Source: Anaerolineae bacterium
Lineage (GTDB): Bacteria; Chloroflexota; Anaerolineae; S140-20
Reading direction: 5' to 3'
Assembly (NCBI GenBank): GCA_027021705.1
Contig: JALUTT010000100.1
Span: 1-34,252, forward strand
Length of the DNA: 34,252 bases
Positions 34,251 through 34,252 of this stretch are shown piece by piece; positions within the stretch are counted from its first letter, which is position 1; each line of letters opens with the position of its first letter. The translations under genes were made by a program, and so were the position numbers. The notes under the pieces were generated by a model that ran no database searches, was not told where the DNA came from, and worked only from the letters and a program-made list of their open reading frames with translations.

Positions 34251-34252
34251 GG

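Overview
High-GC bacterial chromosomal window. Gene content and motifs suggest Chloroflexota, probably Anaerolineae-like (inference). Left to right it holds: the groEL 3' end, a hypothetical protein, a heptad coiled-coil/PD-(D/E)XK-like protein, iorAB, an operon of a lipoprotein alpha-2-macroglobulin plus two hypotheticals, three small hypotheticals, a clan GH-A hydrolase, a galK-like kinase, a nitroreductase, selA, tilS and DUF3467. Next comes an accessory module: a secreted subtilase and a LamG protein (both ending in a VYLP[LI]VxR motif) transcribed divergently from a SARP/NB-ARC/TPR regulator. The right end has a methyltransferase, an orphan UPF0175 gene, cinA and a histidine kinase 3' end. 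The most unusual signals are non-coding: (1) a 9 x 108-bp array of palindromic units that supplies the regulator's stop codon; (2) a candidate ~115-nt sRNA with an anti-Shine-Dalgarno-like linker; (3) two copies of a ~121-bp structured MITE-like element, one in each leader of a divergent promoter pair; (4) a 157-bp MITE with a perfect 9-bp target-site duplication; (5) several more palindromic or heptamer/octamer repeat elements. No transposase, cas gene, tRNA or rRNA was recognised. All calls were made by eye, without database searches.
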